A stretch of DNA of 64,000 nucleotides from Leucoraja erinacea. Lineage: Eukaryota. Shown here one piece after another: positions 26,343-37,603 of this stretch. Location: assembly GCF_028641065.1 (NCBI RefSeq), contig NC_073407.1, positions 8,308,001-8,372,000 on the forward strand, in the 5' to 3' direction. The position numbers and the translations under genes were made by a program. The notes under the pieces are model-generated. The model saw only the letters and a program-made list of their open reading frames with translations, made no database searches and had not been told where the DNA came from. How positions within the stretch are numbered: the stretch's first letter is position 1; the number at the start of each line of letters is the position of its first letter.

Positions 26343-26732
26343 TACCTTAAGGAGTTTGTCCGTCTTAACCAACCTGATCTCCCAGTGGCTCAGCACTTCA
26401 ACTCCCCCTCCCATTCCCAATCTGACCTTTCTGTCCTTGGGCTGCCTCCATTGTCAGAGTGAGGCCCAGCGCAAGTTGGAGGAACAGCACCCCAGTTTGC
26501 ACCCCAGCGGTATGAACATTGACTTCTCTAACTTCAGATAGCCCTTGCTTTCTCTCTCCATCCCCTTCCAAGTTCCCCCACCAGTCTTACTGTTTCTGAC
26601 TGCATTCTAACTTTGTCCTGCCCCCTCCCCTGACATCAGTCGGAAGAAGGGTCTCGACCCAAAGCATCGCCCATTACTTCTCTCCAGAGATGCTGCCTCA
26701 CCCGCTGAGTTACTCCAGCATTTTGTGTCTAC
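26343..26732 (+). mobile_element. 5'-truncated PLE inserted in a CR1 3' fragment
   Basis: NQPDLPVAQHFNSPSHSQSDLSVLG GIY-YIG tail and a degenerate hammerhead near 26640. 12-bp TSD CCAAGTTTGTCC at 26331-26342 and 26733-26744. Confidence 0.85.
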
Positions 26733-28444
26733 CCAAGTTTGTCCAACCTCTCCTTGTAGCTAATACCCCTTAATCCAGGAAGCCTTTTGGTAAACTATTT
26801 TTGTAAAAGATATGGTGGTGTAGCCAAGAGATGAAAGGTTAGAACCAGAGAATCGTCCACAGCCTATAAGGTTGGTGGAGGTCTAATCAGCAGCATTCAA
26901 ATTTTTTGTCAGGTTACTCGGAAAGAGCAGAGGAATGGGAGTGAATAGACTGATCTTAAGGGAGATGGCATTGAATTGAAGAATACCATGACTTCCTCCT
27001 GTCCTGCACTCGAGCTGAAAATACAAGCAGAACCCTACACCAGTGAAAACATAGGGGAAGTCTATCATACACCAATGAAAAATAGCATTTCCAATGAGGC
27101 GTCTAGCAAAAACTCTGAGATTATACAAAGCACACTGGTTTTTATTGGCAATCCCCAGTGTGAGTTCCACCACAAATATTATACCTGACTTGTAAATCCA
27201 GATTCTGGGAAGCTTGCGAGACAGATTTATTAATGAGACAATGGGATCAAGAGTTCCTGACAAAAAAAAAAATTGCAGATGTATTTCCCACCAAACTTGT
27301 GTGAATGAGAAAGTAGCAACCGTCAATGGTTGATGGAATCAATGGTTAATAACAAATTAGTTTTTAAAAAGTAGTTGAGCAAATCACAAACTACTGGAGG
27401 AACTCAGTGGGCCTGTGGAGGGAGAAGCGCAAACATGTTTTGGGTTGATGCCTGAAGAAAGGTCCCGACCCAAACCACCACCTGTCCATTCGCTCCACAG
27501 ATGCTGCCTGACCTGCTCTGATCCCTGGGAATGGTCCATAGCCGTTATCTCCATGTCAGGAACACACGTTCTCTACAGCTACAAATAGTGTAAGACTTTA
27601 CATACACTTGCTCTAATTCTATCGTTCTATTGAATAATCACCTGAACACCACCTGTGGTTAAACCACTGGAATAGAGCCTCATTCCAGTCGGTTTAGAGT
27701 CACAGAGCTGCACAGCAAGGAAAGAGGCCCTTCAGCCCATGTTGTCCTATCCCACCATGAACCCTTCCCATCCACACATCTGTCCAAATGTCTGTCGTAA
27801 GTGGTAATTGTATCCATTTCCACAATGACGTTTTATCGTTATTACTGGCTTGAAAAATGCTTTAAGAATGTGTGGGAGAATTTGCAGATTCCAGATCAGG
27901 TCATCCGTAACCCTGGAAACCCCTGGAGGGCTTTCAAAGGAGTTTGGGAACAGACACTGGAGGAGGGGAATGGGGGTGATGGGACTGGGGGGGGAGGGGG
28001 GTTGCTCTCCTAAGAGCTGGCATCGGCTCAAAAGGCTGAATGGCCTGCAACCTGTTCCATAACAACACCATGATTCTGAATCTGAGGCTAATTTAATGTA
28101 GGGATGATGTCCCCTGGGCTGTCTCATTGCTCACTTGCTTGGATTATTGATGCATATTCTTCTTCCACTGCGGCCAATCGAGTATTGTGATACACCAGGC
28201 ATCTAAAGATGTCAACGTTGTACAGAACTCAAAGTGCTGGAGTAACTCAGCTGGTCAGGCAGCATCTTTGGAGGACATGAATAGGTGATGTTTTGGGTCA
28301 GGACCCTTCTTCAGACTGATTATAGTAGTGGAGAGAAAGCTGGAAGAGAGATGGGGGCGGGACAAAGACTGGTAAGTGATAGGTGGTCACAATCTGGCGG
28401 AGTAACTCAGCGGGTCAGGCAGCATCTATGGAGAAAAGGAATAG

Positions 28445-28476
28445 GTGACGTTTCGAGCCGAGACCCTTCTTCAGAC
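28445..28476 (-). ncRNA. Minimal type I hammerhead ribozyme motif (PLE-derived), sense to NEK6 pre-mRNA
   Basis: Minus strand GU-CUGAAGA-A-GGGU(CUCG)GCUC-GAAA-CG-UC^AC: intact core, 4-bp stem II, palindromic CG stem III, GUC triplet. Confidence 0.6.
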
Positions 28477-28849
28477 ATCCATCCCTGGTCCTTTTCGCCA
28501 GAGATGTTGCGTGACACACTGATTTAATCCACCGTTTTGTATCTATCTTGTAGACACAAAATAAACCCGCATCTGCTGTTCCTTCCTACACGGGACAGGT
28601 GGATACAGGTGAGGGGGGTTTTGATTTACAGATGGGTGGACTAAGGTCAGAAAGGGTGACAAAAGTGGGCTGAAGGGGGGGGCAAAAAGCAGTCAAGGAG
28701 GCAGAGGGGTGTTGATAAGGAGAGAATAGGAGTGAAATGTAAAGCCAGAGGGAGGCATGTAGGTGGATGGGGCAGTGGGGAGAGGGGAGGGGATGGGGGC
28801 CATCTAGCCAGTGTGGTCCGGAAAGGGATGGTGTGGGGGTGGGAGTGTG

Positions 28850-28910
28850 GAGGAGGGGGGGGAGAGAGGGAGAGGGAGGGAGTGGAGGTGGGGGTGAGGG
28901 GGGGGGGGGG

Positions 28911-28962
<52 letters not shown>

Positions 28963-28990
28963 GGGGGGAGAGGGGGGGGGGGGGGAGAGA
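28850..28990. repeat. Poly-G / G-rich low-complexity tract
   Basis: Long G runs; source of the poly-Pro and poly-Gly pseudo-ORFs. Confidence 0.9.
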
Positions 28991-29819
28991 AGAGAAAGAA
29001 AGAGTAAAAATAATGGGGTGTGGTGTTACCTAAAATTGGAGAATTCAATGTTTGTGACTTCATTAGTTTTGAACGTTATGTTCATGCCAGCTGAAGAAAA
29101 TGTGCTGGGAAATGATTGCTTTGGAACCACAGGCAAATAATGATGGGACTTGAGCAGATTGGTGATCAATATTCTGGTTTCACCCTCAGAGACTGAACTA
29201 TGTTGGAAGTCTTTGATCAAAGACTACCTGGTCAAAGAACCTTCGGCAGAGTGGATCCGTTACATAAACAAAAAACGGCAGATGCCGGTTAATACCACAG
29301 ATGGACACAAAAAGCTGGAGAAAAAGCTGTGATGTTTTGCGTTGAGACCTCTCTTCCGACTGACAAGCTGAAACAGAGAGTCCTGACCTGAAATGTCAAT
29401 TTTTCTCCAGAGATGCTGCCTGTTGAGTTATTCCAGCACGTTGTGTCTATCTGTAGTTCCATTACATCTTTGACCCAAAGCATTAACTCTCCTTCTCTCT
29501 CTGCAGATGCTAACTGACCTGATGAGTGTTTCTAGCACCTCTAATTTTTTGATGTTCAATTTTCTATTATTGATTATTATTTCAAACCCTCTCTCCTAGT
29601 GCATCCAATACAAGACTCAATACAGTTTAACTTTAGGTTTGTTATTGTCACATGTATTGAGATACAGTGAAAAGCTTTGTTTTGCACGCTATCTAATCAG
29701 ATCAGATAATACTACACATAAATACCATCAAATAAAACTCAAGTACAGTAGGTACATAGGGGAAGATACAATCATGTACACAGGGGAAGATACAGAGTGC
29801 AGAATATTCTCAGCATTTG

Positions 29820-30130
29820 TTTAGATTAGTTTAGAGATACAGCGTGGAAACCGGCCCTTCGGCCCACCGGGTCCGCGCCGACCAGCGATCCCCGCACACT
29901 AACACTATCCTACGCCCACTAGGGACAATTTTTACATATACCAAGTCAATTAACCTACAAACCTTTACGTATTTGGAGTGTGGGAAGAAACCGAAGATCT
30001 CGGAGAAAACACACGCAGGTCACGGATAGAACGTACAAACGCCGTACAGACAGCACCCGTAGTCGGGATCGAACCCAGGTCTCCGGCGCAGCATTCGCTG
30101 TAAGGCAGCAACTCTACTGTTGCGCCACTG
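29820..30130 (-). mobile_element. HE1-like V-SINE, subfamily with a short insertion in the tRNA head
   Basis: Full body in reverse; the head reads CCTTACAGCGAATGCTGCGCCGGAGACC. Confidence 0.8.
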
Positions 30131-30256
30131 TGACTGCCCATTGTAGCGCATCAGTTACATAGTCCGCAATGGGGTTTTCTCCGAGATCTTCGGTTTCCTC
30201 CCACACTTGGCTTAGTATAAATGTAAATTGTCCTTAGTGTGTGTAGGATAGTGTTA

Positions 30257-30455
30257 AGGGCCTGGCCCACTCGGGCGATTTTTTAGGCGAGTGCAGGAGA
30301 CTCTGCGCTCGCCTCATGATCGCTACATGTTCGCTGGTGGTCTCTGGTGAGTCTCCTTCATGGTCGCGAGGAGTTCCTGCATTCTGGGAACTAGGCACGG
30401 CCTCAGTATGGTCGACGCAAATTTTTCAACATGTTGAAAATTTTTCTGCGACCAA
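30257..30455. mobile_element. Left part of a Harbinger-like MITE
   Basis: TTA|AGGGCCTGGCCCACT terminus, central palindrome TTTTCAACATGTTGAAAA, right TIR absent. Confidence 0.6.
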
Positions 30456-30713
30456 AAGTGTTTGCCCCTTCACAGACAGGGCTTGAATTCAGCCACATTC
30501 ACACTGAATGCCAAAATAGGCTTGAAGGGCCAAATGGCCTCCTTTGTGTGGATTTAATATGTTGTTCACAGTGGCGAATGTGACAATCTTCATCAGACAG
30601 CTGACGTCTGACAAATCGCTCACGTTAATGTGCTCACTGCGTTCATGTACATTTCCCAAATATTTACCGTCTCCCACACAAATCCATCCCTGACAAACAA
30701 CTCAAGGACCTAC

Positions 30714-30827
30714 CTTCTCGGAAAAGTGTTCTGCTGGGAGAGGCGGGTAGTCACATTGCTCGATCTTTTTGCAGAGAGAGAATAGATTCATTTTATCTCC
30801 ATAGAAGGGGCTCTGGAGGGCAGCCAT
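30714..30827 (-). CDS. NEK6: NEK6 penultimate coding exon
   Basis: cacag|ATG...AAG|gtagg, 114 nt. [38 protein letters not shown]. Confidence 0.96.
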
Positions 30828-31365
30828 CTGTGAGAGAAAGGAAGCAAATGCAGAATAGTTACAGACAGGTCGTGCGTCAGGACTTCAGTACCTCACAATC
30901 AATTACGTTCCATTAGTGTAAGCTTCCATGTCAGAATCATCAGAGTTATGAGTGAATGCACAGTTCAGATAGACCGAGTGGGTACTTGATTGTTGGCACA
31001 GACCCAGTGGATGAAGGGTCTATTTCTGTGTTGTATGAACACAGACCATTGAACCTAGAACAGTGCAGCATAGGGAACAGGCACTTCGGCCCAAAGTGTC
31101 TGTATCGAACATGATGCCAAGATAAATTAATCTCTTCTGCCTGCACATGATCCATATCCCCATTCATGTGTTTATCTAAAAACAGATTCCCCCATCATAT
31201 CTGTCTGCACCGCCATCTCTGACAACACATTCCAGGCACCTGCCACTCTCTGGAGATTGACAGAATCTTCATTAGTAAGGGTGTCAGAGATTATGGGGAG
31301 AAGGCAGGAGAATGGGGTTGAGAGGGAAAGATATTTTAGCCATGACTGAATGACAGAGTAGACTC

Positions 31366-31895
31366 AAGCAGTCGTTCCAGGTGCGACAGAGGTTTACCTG
31401 CATCTCCTCCAACCTCATCTATTGCATCCGCTGCTCTAGATGTCAGCAGATCTATATCGGTGAGACCAAGCGGAGGTTGGGCGATCCGGCCCGCAATAAC
31501 CAAGCTGATCTCCCGGTGGCTCAGCACTTCAACTCCCCCTCCGTCTCCGACCTCTCTGTCCTGGGTCTCCTCCATGGCCACAGCGAGCAGCACTGGAAAT
31601 TGGAGGAACAGCACCTCATATTCCGATTGGGGAGTCTGCATCCTGGGGGCATGAACATCGAATTCTCCCAATTTTGTTAGTCCTTGCTATCTCCTCCCCT
31701 TCCTCATTCCCCCTGCTGTCTCCTCCCACCCCCCCAGCCATTGGGCTCCTCCTCCTTTTTCCTTTCTTGTCCCCGCCTCACCCCCCCCCACCCCCGATCA
31801 GTCTGAAGAAGGGTTTCGGCCTGAAACGTTGCCTATTTCCTTCGCTCCATAGATGCTGCTGCACCCGCTGAGTTTCTCCAGCTTTTTTATGTACC
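31366..31895 (+). mobile_element. 5'-truncated Penelope-like retroelement (GIY-YIG endonuclease end plus hammerhead-containing terminal repeat)
   Basis: QRFTCISSNLIYCIRCSRCQQIYIGETKRRLGD...PVAQHFN...KLEEQHLIFRLGSLHPGGMN is a PLE GIY-YIG motif (IY...CxxC..YIG). Perfect 14-bp TSD GACAGAGTAGACTC at 31352-31365 and 31896-31909. Confidence 0.92.
31801..31832 (+). ncRNA. Minimal hammerhead ribozyme motif in the PLE terminal repeat
   Basis: GU-CUGAAGA-A-GGGU(UUCG)GCCU-GAAA-CG-UU^GC. Confidence 0.6.
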
Positions 31896-32578
31896 GACAG
31901 AGTAGACTCGTTGGGCAGAATGTCCTAATTCTGCTCCATGACTTATGTTTAGTGTCGAGACCCTTCTTCAGACCTAAAACATCACCTATCCAAAGATGCT
32001 GCCTGACTCCCTGAGTTACACCGGCACTTGCTGTCTTTTTCCCCACAGTAGTTCTTGACGCTCAGCTGGAGGAGACTGCTTCTCAGCAACACCCTTCAAA
32101 CTCACAGGACCACCGCCCTCCCCTCCTCCTCAACTGTCCGCATCTGCACCTGGACACATCTGGATTCATTGAATAATCCTTGTCATCGCAAAGAACTGAA
32201 CAATTGAATTTCCTGTTTTAACCAAGGTATGTGAAACTTTGCCCAAAATGTTAACAAACTTGTTTTGTTGGGATTTCAAGTGATAATTCGACTTGGCAGA
32301 GAACACCACTTGTTAAAATGGCACCAGTGTGAGATACATTAAAAATTGAAACGGCTCCACAGTGCTTCTGAAGAACATTCAACCAGGAATCTATTTTGAC
32401 CAGTTGGGCCAAAGGGTCTATTTCCGTGCTGTGTGACTCTTTACCTCCACCTACTGCACTGCTCTGCTCTGCTGCCACATAAAGGCCATTCTTTTTGGTG
32501 ATCCTTTCACAGAGTAGGATTGTGCTGGAGGGCCTCCACTGACCCTGGAACTAACAGGGGAGGTGGGTGGCCCTGGAG

Positions 32579-32945
32579 TAGGGTCGCCAACTTTCTCACT
32601 CCCAAATAAGGGACAAAAGGTCAAAATAAGGGACAAATTCCCGACGGCAATTCGTTGACCGACTCGTGGCTGGGTGAATGATGAGTTGGCCCGGGTGCTG
32701 GACTTCACACAAAGCCCAGTCGGCAGTCCATCCAACTCATGAACCGATGATCGACCATGAGAAGGAGGGAAAGCGAAGGTCGGACAGCTGGCCCGGCTGG
32801 TAACCGACGGGGCTACGGGCGAGGTGCTGCTGCTGTTGCTGCACTCCATGGGCTGCACTACATCGGGACGGGTGAGGCGGGGCCGGACGCGGCGCTCCGA
32901 CCCGACAGTCCCCTCGACCTGAGTTGTAGCAGTCAAATACCAGAC
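32579..32945 (+). mobile_element. hAT-like left end, CpG-rich, truncated
   Basis: Starts TAGGGTCGCCAAC with a duplicated subterminal AAATAAGGGACAAA. No matching right TIR seen. Confidence 0.5.
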
Positions 32946-33274
32946 TGGGTGTACACCCAGTTCCCAGGTATTATTGAGTCGTACCGCTGTTTACAACAGT
33001 CTTATGAAATCATTAGCTTCTTGTCTCACCAGATTAGTTTAGTTTAGAGTTACAGCAGGATGTGAACTCCTGTCTCCAGATCATGAGTCCAGGTCTCTGT
33101 CCGGGAATTTTACCACCATTCCCAAATTCAGGACAAAGAGGCAATTTCAGTTCTGGAGTAATATTTTCATGCATCTTGTCATTAGTGGGGCCGACTGAGG
33201 GGGAACCTCTACCCCGTATGTGTTTACAACATTCAGCACTGAGTGTCTGTACTGGCCCCTGACACATTAAAGGG

Positions 33275-33565
33275 CAGTACAGTGGTGCATCTGCTGGAGC
33301 TGCTACCCCACAACGGCGAGACCTGGGGTTCGGTTCGATTCTGACCTCAGATTTTGTACGTTCTCTCTGTGACCGCATAAGTTTTCTCCGGGAGCTCCAG
33401 TTTCCTCCCACACTCCAAAGACGTGCAAGGCTGTAGGTTAATTGGCTTCTTTAAATTGCCCCTAGTGGGATAATGGAGAACTAGTGTGAACGGGTGTTCG
33501 ATTGTCGGAGTGGACTCAGCATGCTGAAGGGTCTGTTTCCATGCTGTATCTCAAAACTAAACTAA
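33275..33565 (+). mobile_element. HE1-like V-SINE
   Basis: Shared SINE core and AAACTAAACT tail. Confidence 0.75.
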
Positions 33566-34729
33566 TCCCGAGTTTTCCTTGTTTCTGGGTCAGATGAAAG
33601 GTCATGTTATCTATAGAGTGCTGTGCTAACAGGCCAGTTGTGCCTGAAGGATTTCATTGTTGCGTTTCAGTACAGATGTGCACCAGTTGTGACCTCTGGG
33701 TCGCTCACCAGGGTGGTCCGTGCAGATGTGGTCTCAGCCTTCTGACCAGCGATGGATTCAGCACCTTGGACCCGATGGCTTCTAAATATAACTGGAGTTG
33801 GTGCCCCCCCCCCCACATACTCAGACGGCGGGGAAGGGCAGTGGGTTTTACAGGGGGTGCATCTCCAGGAGCGGTGTGAAGAGGCCTGCCGGTGCGGCAG
33901 GCAACCCACACACTGGCCCGGCTGCTTATTAATCCATAATGTGATTCAAGTGCTCTGCCCTGCCACCTTCCCTCACTGTCACAGGCAGAGGCAGAGAGAG
34001 GAGAATGCTGCCTTCTTCTAATGAAGCACCACTGTGTAATTGTTGATATTATCTACCCTATGTAGAGTGTTCATGCAAACTGCTCGCTCACGCCCCTGAC
34101 ACTTCTCATCTTCACGGGTCTATTTTTTTTCTTGGCGCGGCAGCTGAAGCTGACGTTGGTCGCTGTGCTGTTTTTTTTTTAATAAGGTTTTATTGGATAA
34201 TTGCTTTGACTTTCCACCTGGGGCGGTGCCTGCTGCTCGTTAGCGGGCTGGGCCAGCGGTGTTGCCGTGGCGATGCCGTTGACAGCGGCTGCCACCTCGT
34301 GTCAGCGGGCAGACACGGCCACTGTTGCCATCGGTGACGGGCGGAGCTGACAGAGAACCAGCCGGCCGCTGGCGACCAGCTCGGCCTGTAACCCCTCAAT
34401 GGTTCAACGGCTCTCTATTGTCACGTAGGTACAGCAGTGAAATTCTATCACACAACCCACGAATGCACAGTCGGCTTATGCTGGCACCGTTTACAAACAA
34501 CATGCCCAAAGTCCACATGCTGAAAGCACTGGAGTGCCCCCACTCCAGGTAGGCCCCAGCCTGCTGCAGGCCTGTGTTCTGACATTCCTTTCCTTGCCCG
34601 ACCACCTCTATGTCCCTCCTGCAGCCGACCTTGAAGGCAATACCTCTCCTACCAGCCCACTCCTCGCATCTGTCATCACCAGCAGCTCCCTCAGAACATT
34701 GGTGTGGGGGAGGGAGCTTGTTCACAAGT

Positions 34730-35268
34730 TTTAGGAGTAGAATTCGGTCATTCGGCCCATCAAGTCTACTCTGCCATCCAATCATGGCTGATCTCTGCCT
34801 CCTAATCCCATTCTCCTGACCCCCCCCCCCCCCCCCCCCCATAACCCTTAATACCCGTTCTAATGAAGAATTTGTCTATCTCGGCCCTGTCTATCTCGGC
34901 AATATCCACTGACTTGGCCTCCACAGCCTTCTGTGGCAATGAGTTCCACAGATTAACTACCCTCTGACTAAAGAGGTTTCTCCTCACCTGTCTAAAAGAG
35001 CACCCTTTAATTCTGAGGCTCTGACCTCTGGCCCTAGTCTCTCCCACCAGCAGAAACATCCTTTCCACATCCACTCTATCCAGGCCTTTCATTATTCTGT
35101 AAGTTTCAATGAGGTCCCCCCCTTCAACCTTCTAAACTCCAGCGAGCACAGGCCCAGTGCTGTCAAACGCTCATCGTATGCTAATCCACTCATTCCTGGA
35201 ACCATTCTTGTAAACCTCCTCTGGACCCTCTCCAGAGCCAGCACATGCTTCCTCAGATATGGGACCCA
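34730..35268 (-). mobile_element. CR1-like LINE 3' fragment
   Basis: LALERVQRRFTRMVPGMSGLAYDERL..LGL.SLEFRRL and FSQRVVNLWNSLP motifs. Confidence 0.88.
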
Positions 35269-35305
35269 GCTTGTCTTGCCCCGGGGGTGGTGGGGAGGGG
35301 AGCGC

Positions 35306-36172
35306 ATTCAAGATTCAAGATTCAATTTAATTGTCATTTGGACCCCTTGAGGGCCAAACGAAATGCCGTTTCTGCAGCCATACATTACAAACAAATAGAC
35401 CCAAGACACAACATGATTTACATAAACATCCATCACATCGCTGTGATGGAAGGCCATAAAAACTTATCTCTCCCCTGCCCTCCCCCCCCCCCCCGATGTC
35501 AGAGTCAAAGTCAAAGCCCCCGGCTGGCGATGGCGATTGTCCCGCGGCCATTAAAGCCACGCCGGGTGGTGCGAGGTCGCACACCGGGTCTTGGTGTTAG
35601 AGCCCCCGGCGTGCGCTCGCAGAGTCCCGCAGCCATTCCAAGCCGCGCGGGGCGGTGATGTCAGGCCCCGCTCGAGGAGCTCTTCAACCCCGCAACTCTG
35701 GCGGGAGAAGTCGCCGTTGCAGGAGCCCTGAAAAGCGGTCTCCCTCCAGGGACCCGCGGGCTCCCGGTGCCGCTGTCCACCAGACCCGCAGTTGCAGCCT
35801 CCGAATCTCCGGAGGTCGGGCCGCAGCAGCAACAGCGCTCCACCACCGCTCCACCTGCTCCGGACTCGGCCAGCCCCGCGACGGTGAGGTAAGTCGTCGG
35901 CACCAGAGTCCCCGGTCTTCTCCTATTGGAGGCCGCTCCACGTTGCAGCCCCAACGACAACGGAGACCCGACAAAGAAAAGGTCGGGTCTCCCGTGCAGG
36001 GAGAGATTTAAAAGTTACCCCCTCCCTCCCACCCCCCACCCCCACCCCCCCCCCCCCACACACACACACCCCAACAAAAAAGAACAAAAACTACATAAAA
36101 ACATAGACAAAAATAATAAAAACGCGGACGGGCTGCAGAGGCCGCTGCTGACGAGAGTCGCGCCGCCTACCG
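35306..36172 (-). mobile_element. CpG-rich non-coding retroposon with a (CTTGAAT)n tail, unclassified
   Basis: Minus strand ends ACAATTAAATTGAATCTTGAATCTTGAAT. GC/CpG-rich body, internal 11-bp-stem hairpin, no tRNA head and no credible ORF. Confidence 0.5.
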
Positions 36173-36257
36173 AACATAGACGGCTGACTCCCAGTCTGAG
36201 AGCTGGCACAGGCTTGGTGAGAAGAGAGAGGGGGAGAGGGCATGGATGCGGAGAGAG

Positions 36258-36870
36258 AGACACAGCATGGAAACAGGACCTTCAGTCCACCGAGTCCCCA
36301 CTGACGTTTGGACACCAGATACACTGGAGGCATAGAGCTCTACCACATGGAAATTGGCCCTTTGGCCCACCGAGTCCGCACTGATCTATAAACACCCGAT
36401 AGACTGTAGTCCTGGAGCTATATAACATGGAAACAAGCCCTGCAGCTCACGTGGTCCGTACTGACCTTCGGACAACCATTGCTCTAGAATCATGGAGCTA
36501 TACATCGAGCTATGCAGCCCTTTGACCTTTGAACACCTATCACAATGGATTCACAGATCTATTCAGCAGGGAAATAGGCCCTTCAGCCCATCAAGTCCAC
36601 ACTGACCTTCGACAAATACCCGCTCACACCAGAGTAATGGAACTATTCAACCTAGAAACAGACCCTTCGGCCCACTGGGTCTATGTTGACCATCAGCCAC
36701 CCATTTGCAATAATCCCACAATGACCCCATCTGATCCTTGTGTCATAGAGAGACGCAGCACTGAACCAGGCCCTTCGGCCCACTGGATCTATGTTGACCA
36801 TCAACCACCCATTCGCATTAATCCCCCATTGATCCCATTTGATCATGGAGAGACCCAGCACAGAAACACA
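36258..36870 (-). repeat. Degenerate tandem array of the SINE/LINE 3' tail, about 80-110-bp period
   Basis: Motif CATGGAAACAGGCCCTTCGGCCCAC..GTCC.CACTGACC recurs about 6-7 times head-to-tail. Confidence 0.7.
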
Positions 36871-37182
36871 CACTGTGTCCACAATAACCATCAAGCATCT
36901 ATTTACAAACGAATCCTACCTTCATCACATTTTTTTCTCCCTATATTGTTATCAATTAGACTCTACCATCAGCGACACACTTGGAGTGGCCAATTATCCT
37001 ATGTCTTTGAGATGTGGGAGGAAACTCAAGCACTTAGGGGAAACCTACACAATCACCAAGAGGAATATAAAATTCCACACAGACAATGCCGGAGGTCTGG
37101 ATCGAACCTTGGTCTCTGGAGCTGTGGGAGAGCAATGCCCATCACTCACCACCCATTCTTGGTCAAGGTCAACAACAGAGTA

Positions 37183-37603
37183 CAGTAAACCCTCGTCATA
37201 ATCGACCACAGGGAGAGGAACGATGTCCGTTATTGCTGATTGTCTGAAATAACTGAGTAAGATATTGGTATAAGTGGTAGAAGCAAACAGCTGCAGTTGT
37301 TGGTTAAAACACAAAAGGACAGGCGGCATCTGTGGAGAACATGGATAGGTGGCGTTTCGGGTCGAGGCCCTTCTTTAAATTCTCAGTCAGGAAGAGATCC
37401 AGGTGAGTTGATGGTCCTGGCCTGCTGGTGGCCGGGGGAGGGGCGACGAGCGGACCGCGGGTGGCCGGAGTGTAGGTAAGGGTCGGTGGTGGCGAAAGGC
37501 GTGATTTGTAAGTGGCCGGGGGTGGCGTCGGCAAGAGTCAGTAGGCCGTCCGCTATCACCAAAATCCCATGTAAAGTGGTCCGTTAAAACTAAGATTGTA
37601 CTG
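37183..37603. mobile_element. Old Tigger/pogo-like MITE containing a PLE terminal fragment
   Basis: TA|CAGTAAACCCTCGTCATAATCGACC ... GGTCCGTTAAAACTAAGATTGTACTG|TA; degenerate TIRs. Confidence 0.6.

Noticed and set aside
28647-29063. Poly-Pro and poly-Gly ORFs
   Set aside because: Translation of a poly-G tract whose length may also be a sequencing artefact.
36529-37188. 219-aa ORF with internal repeats
   Set aside because: Read-through of the tandem SINE-tail array.
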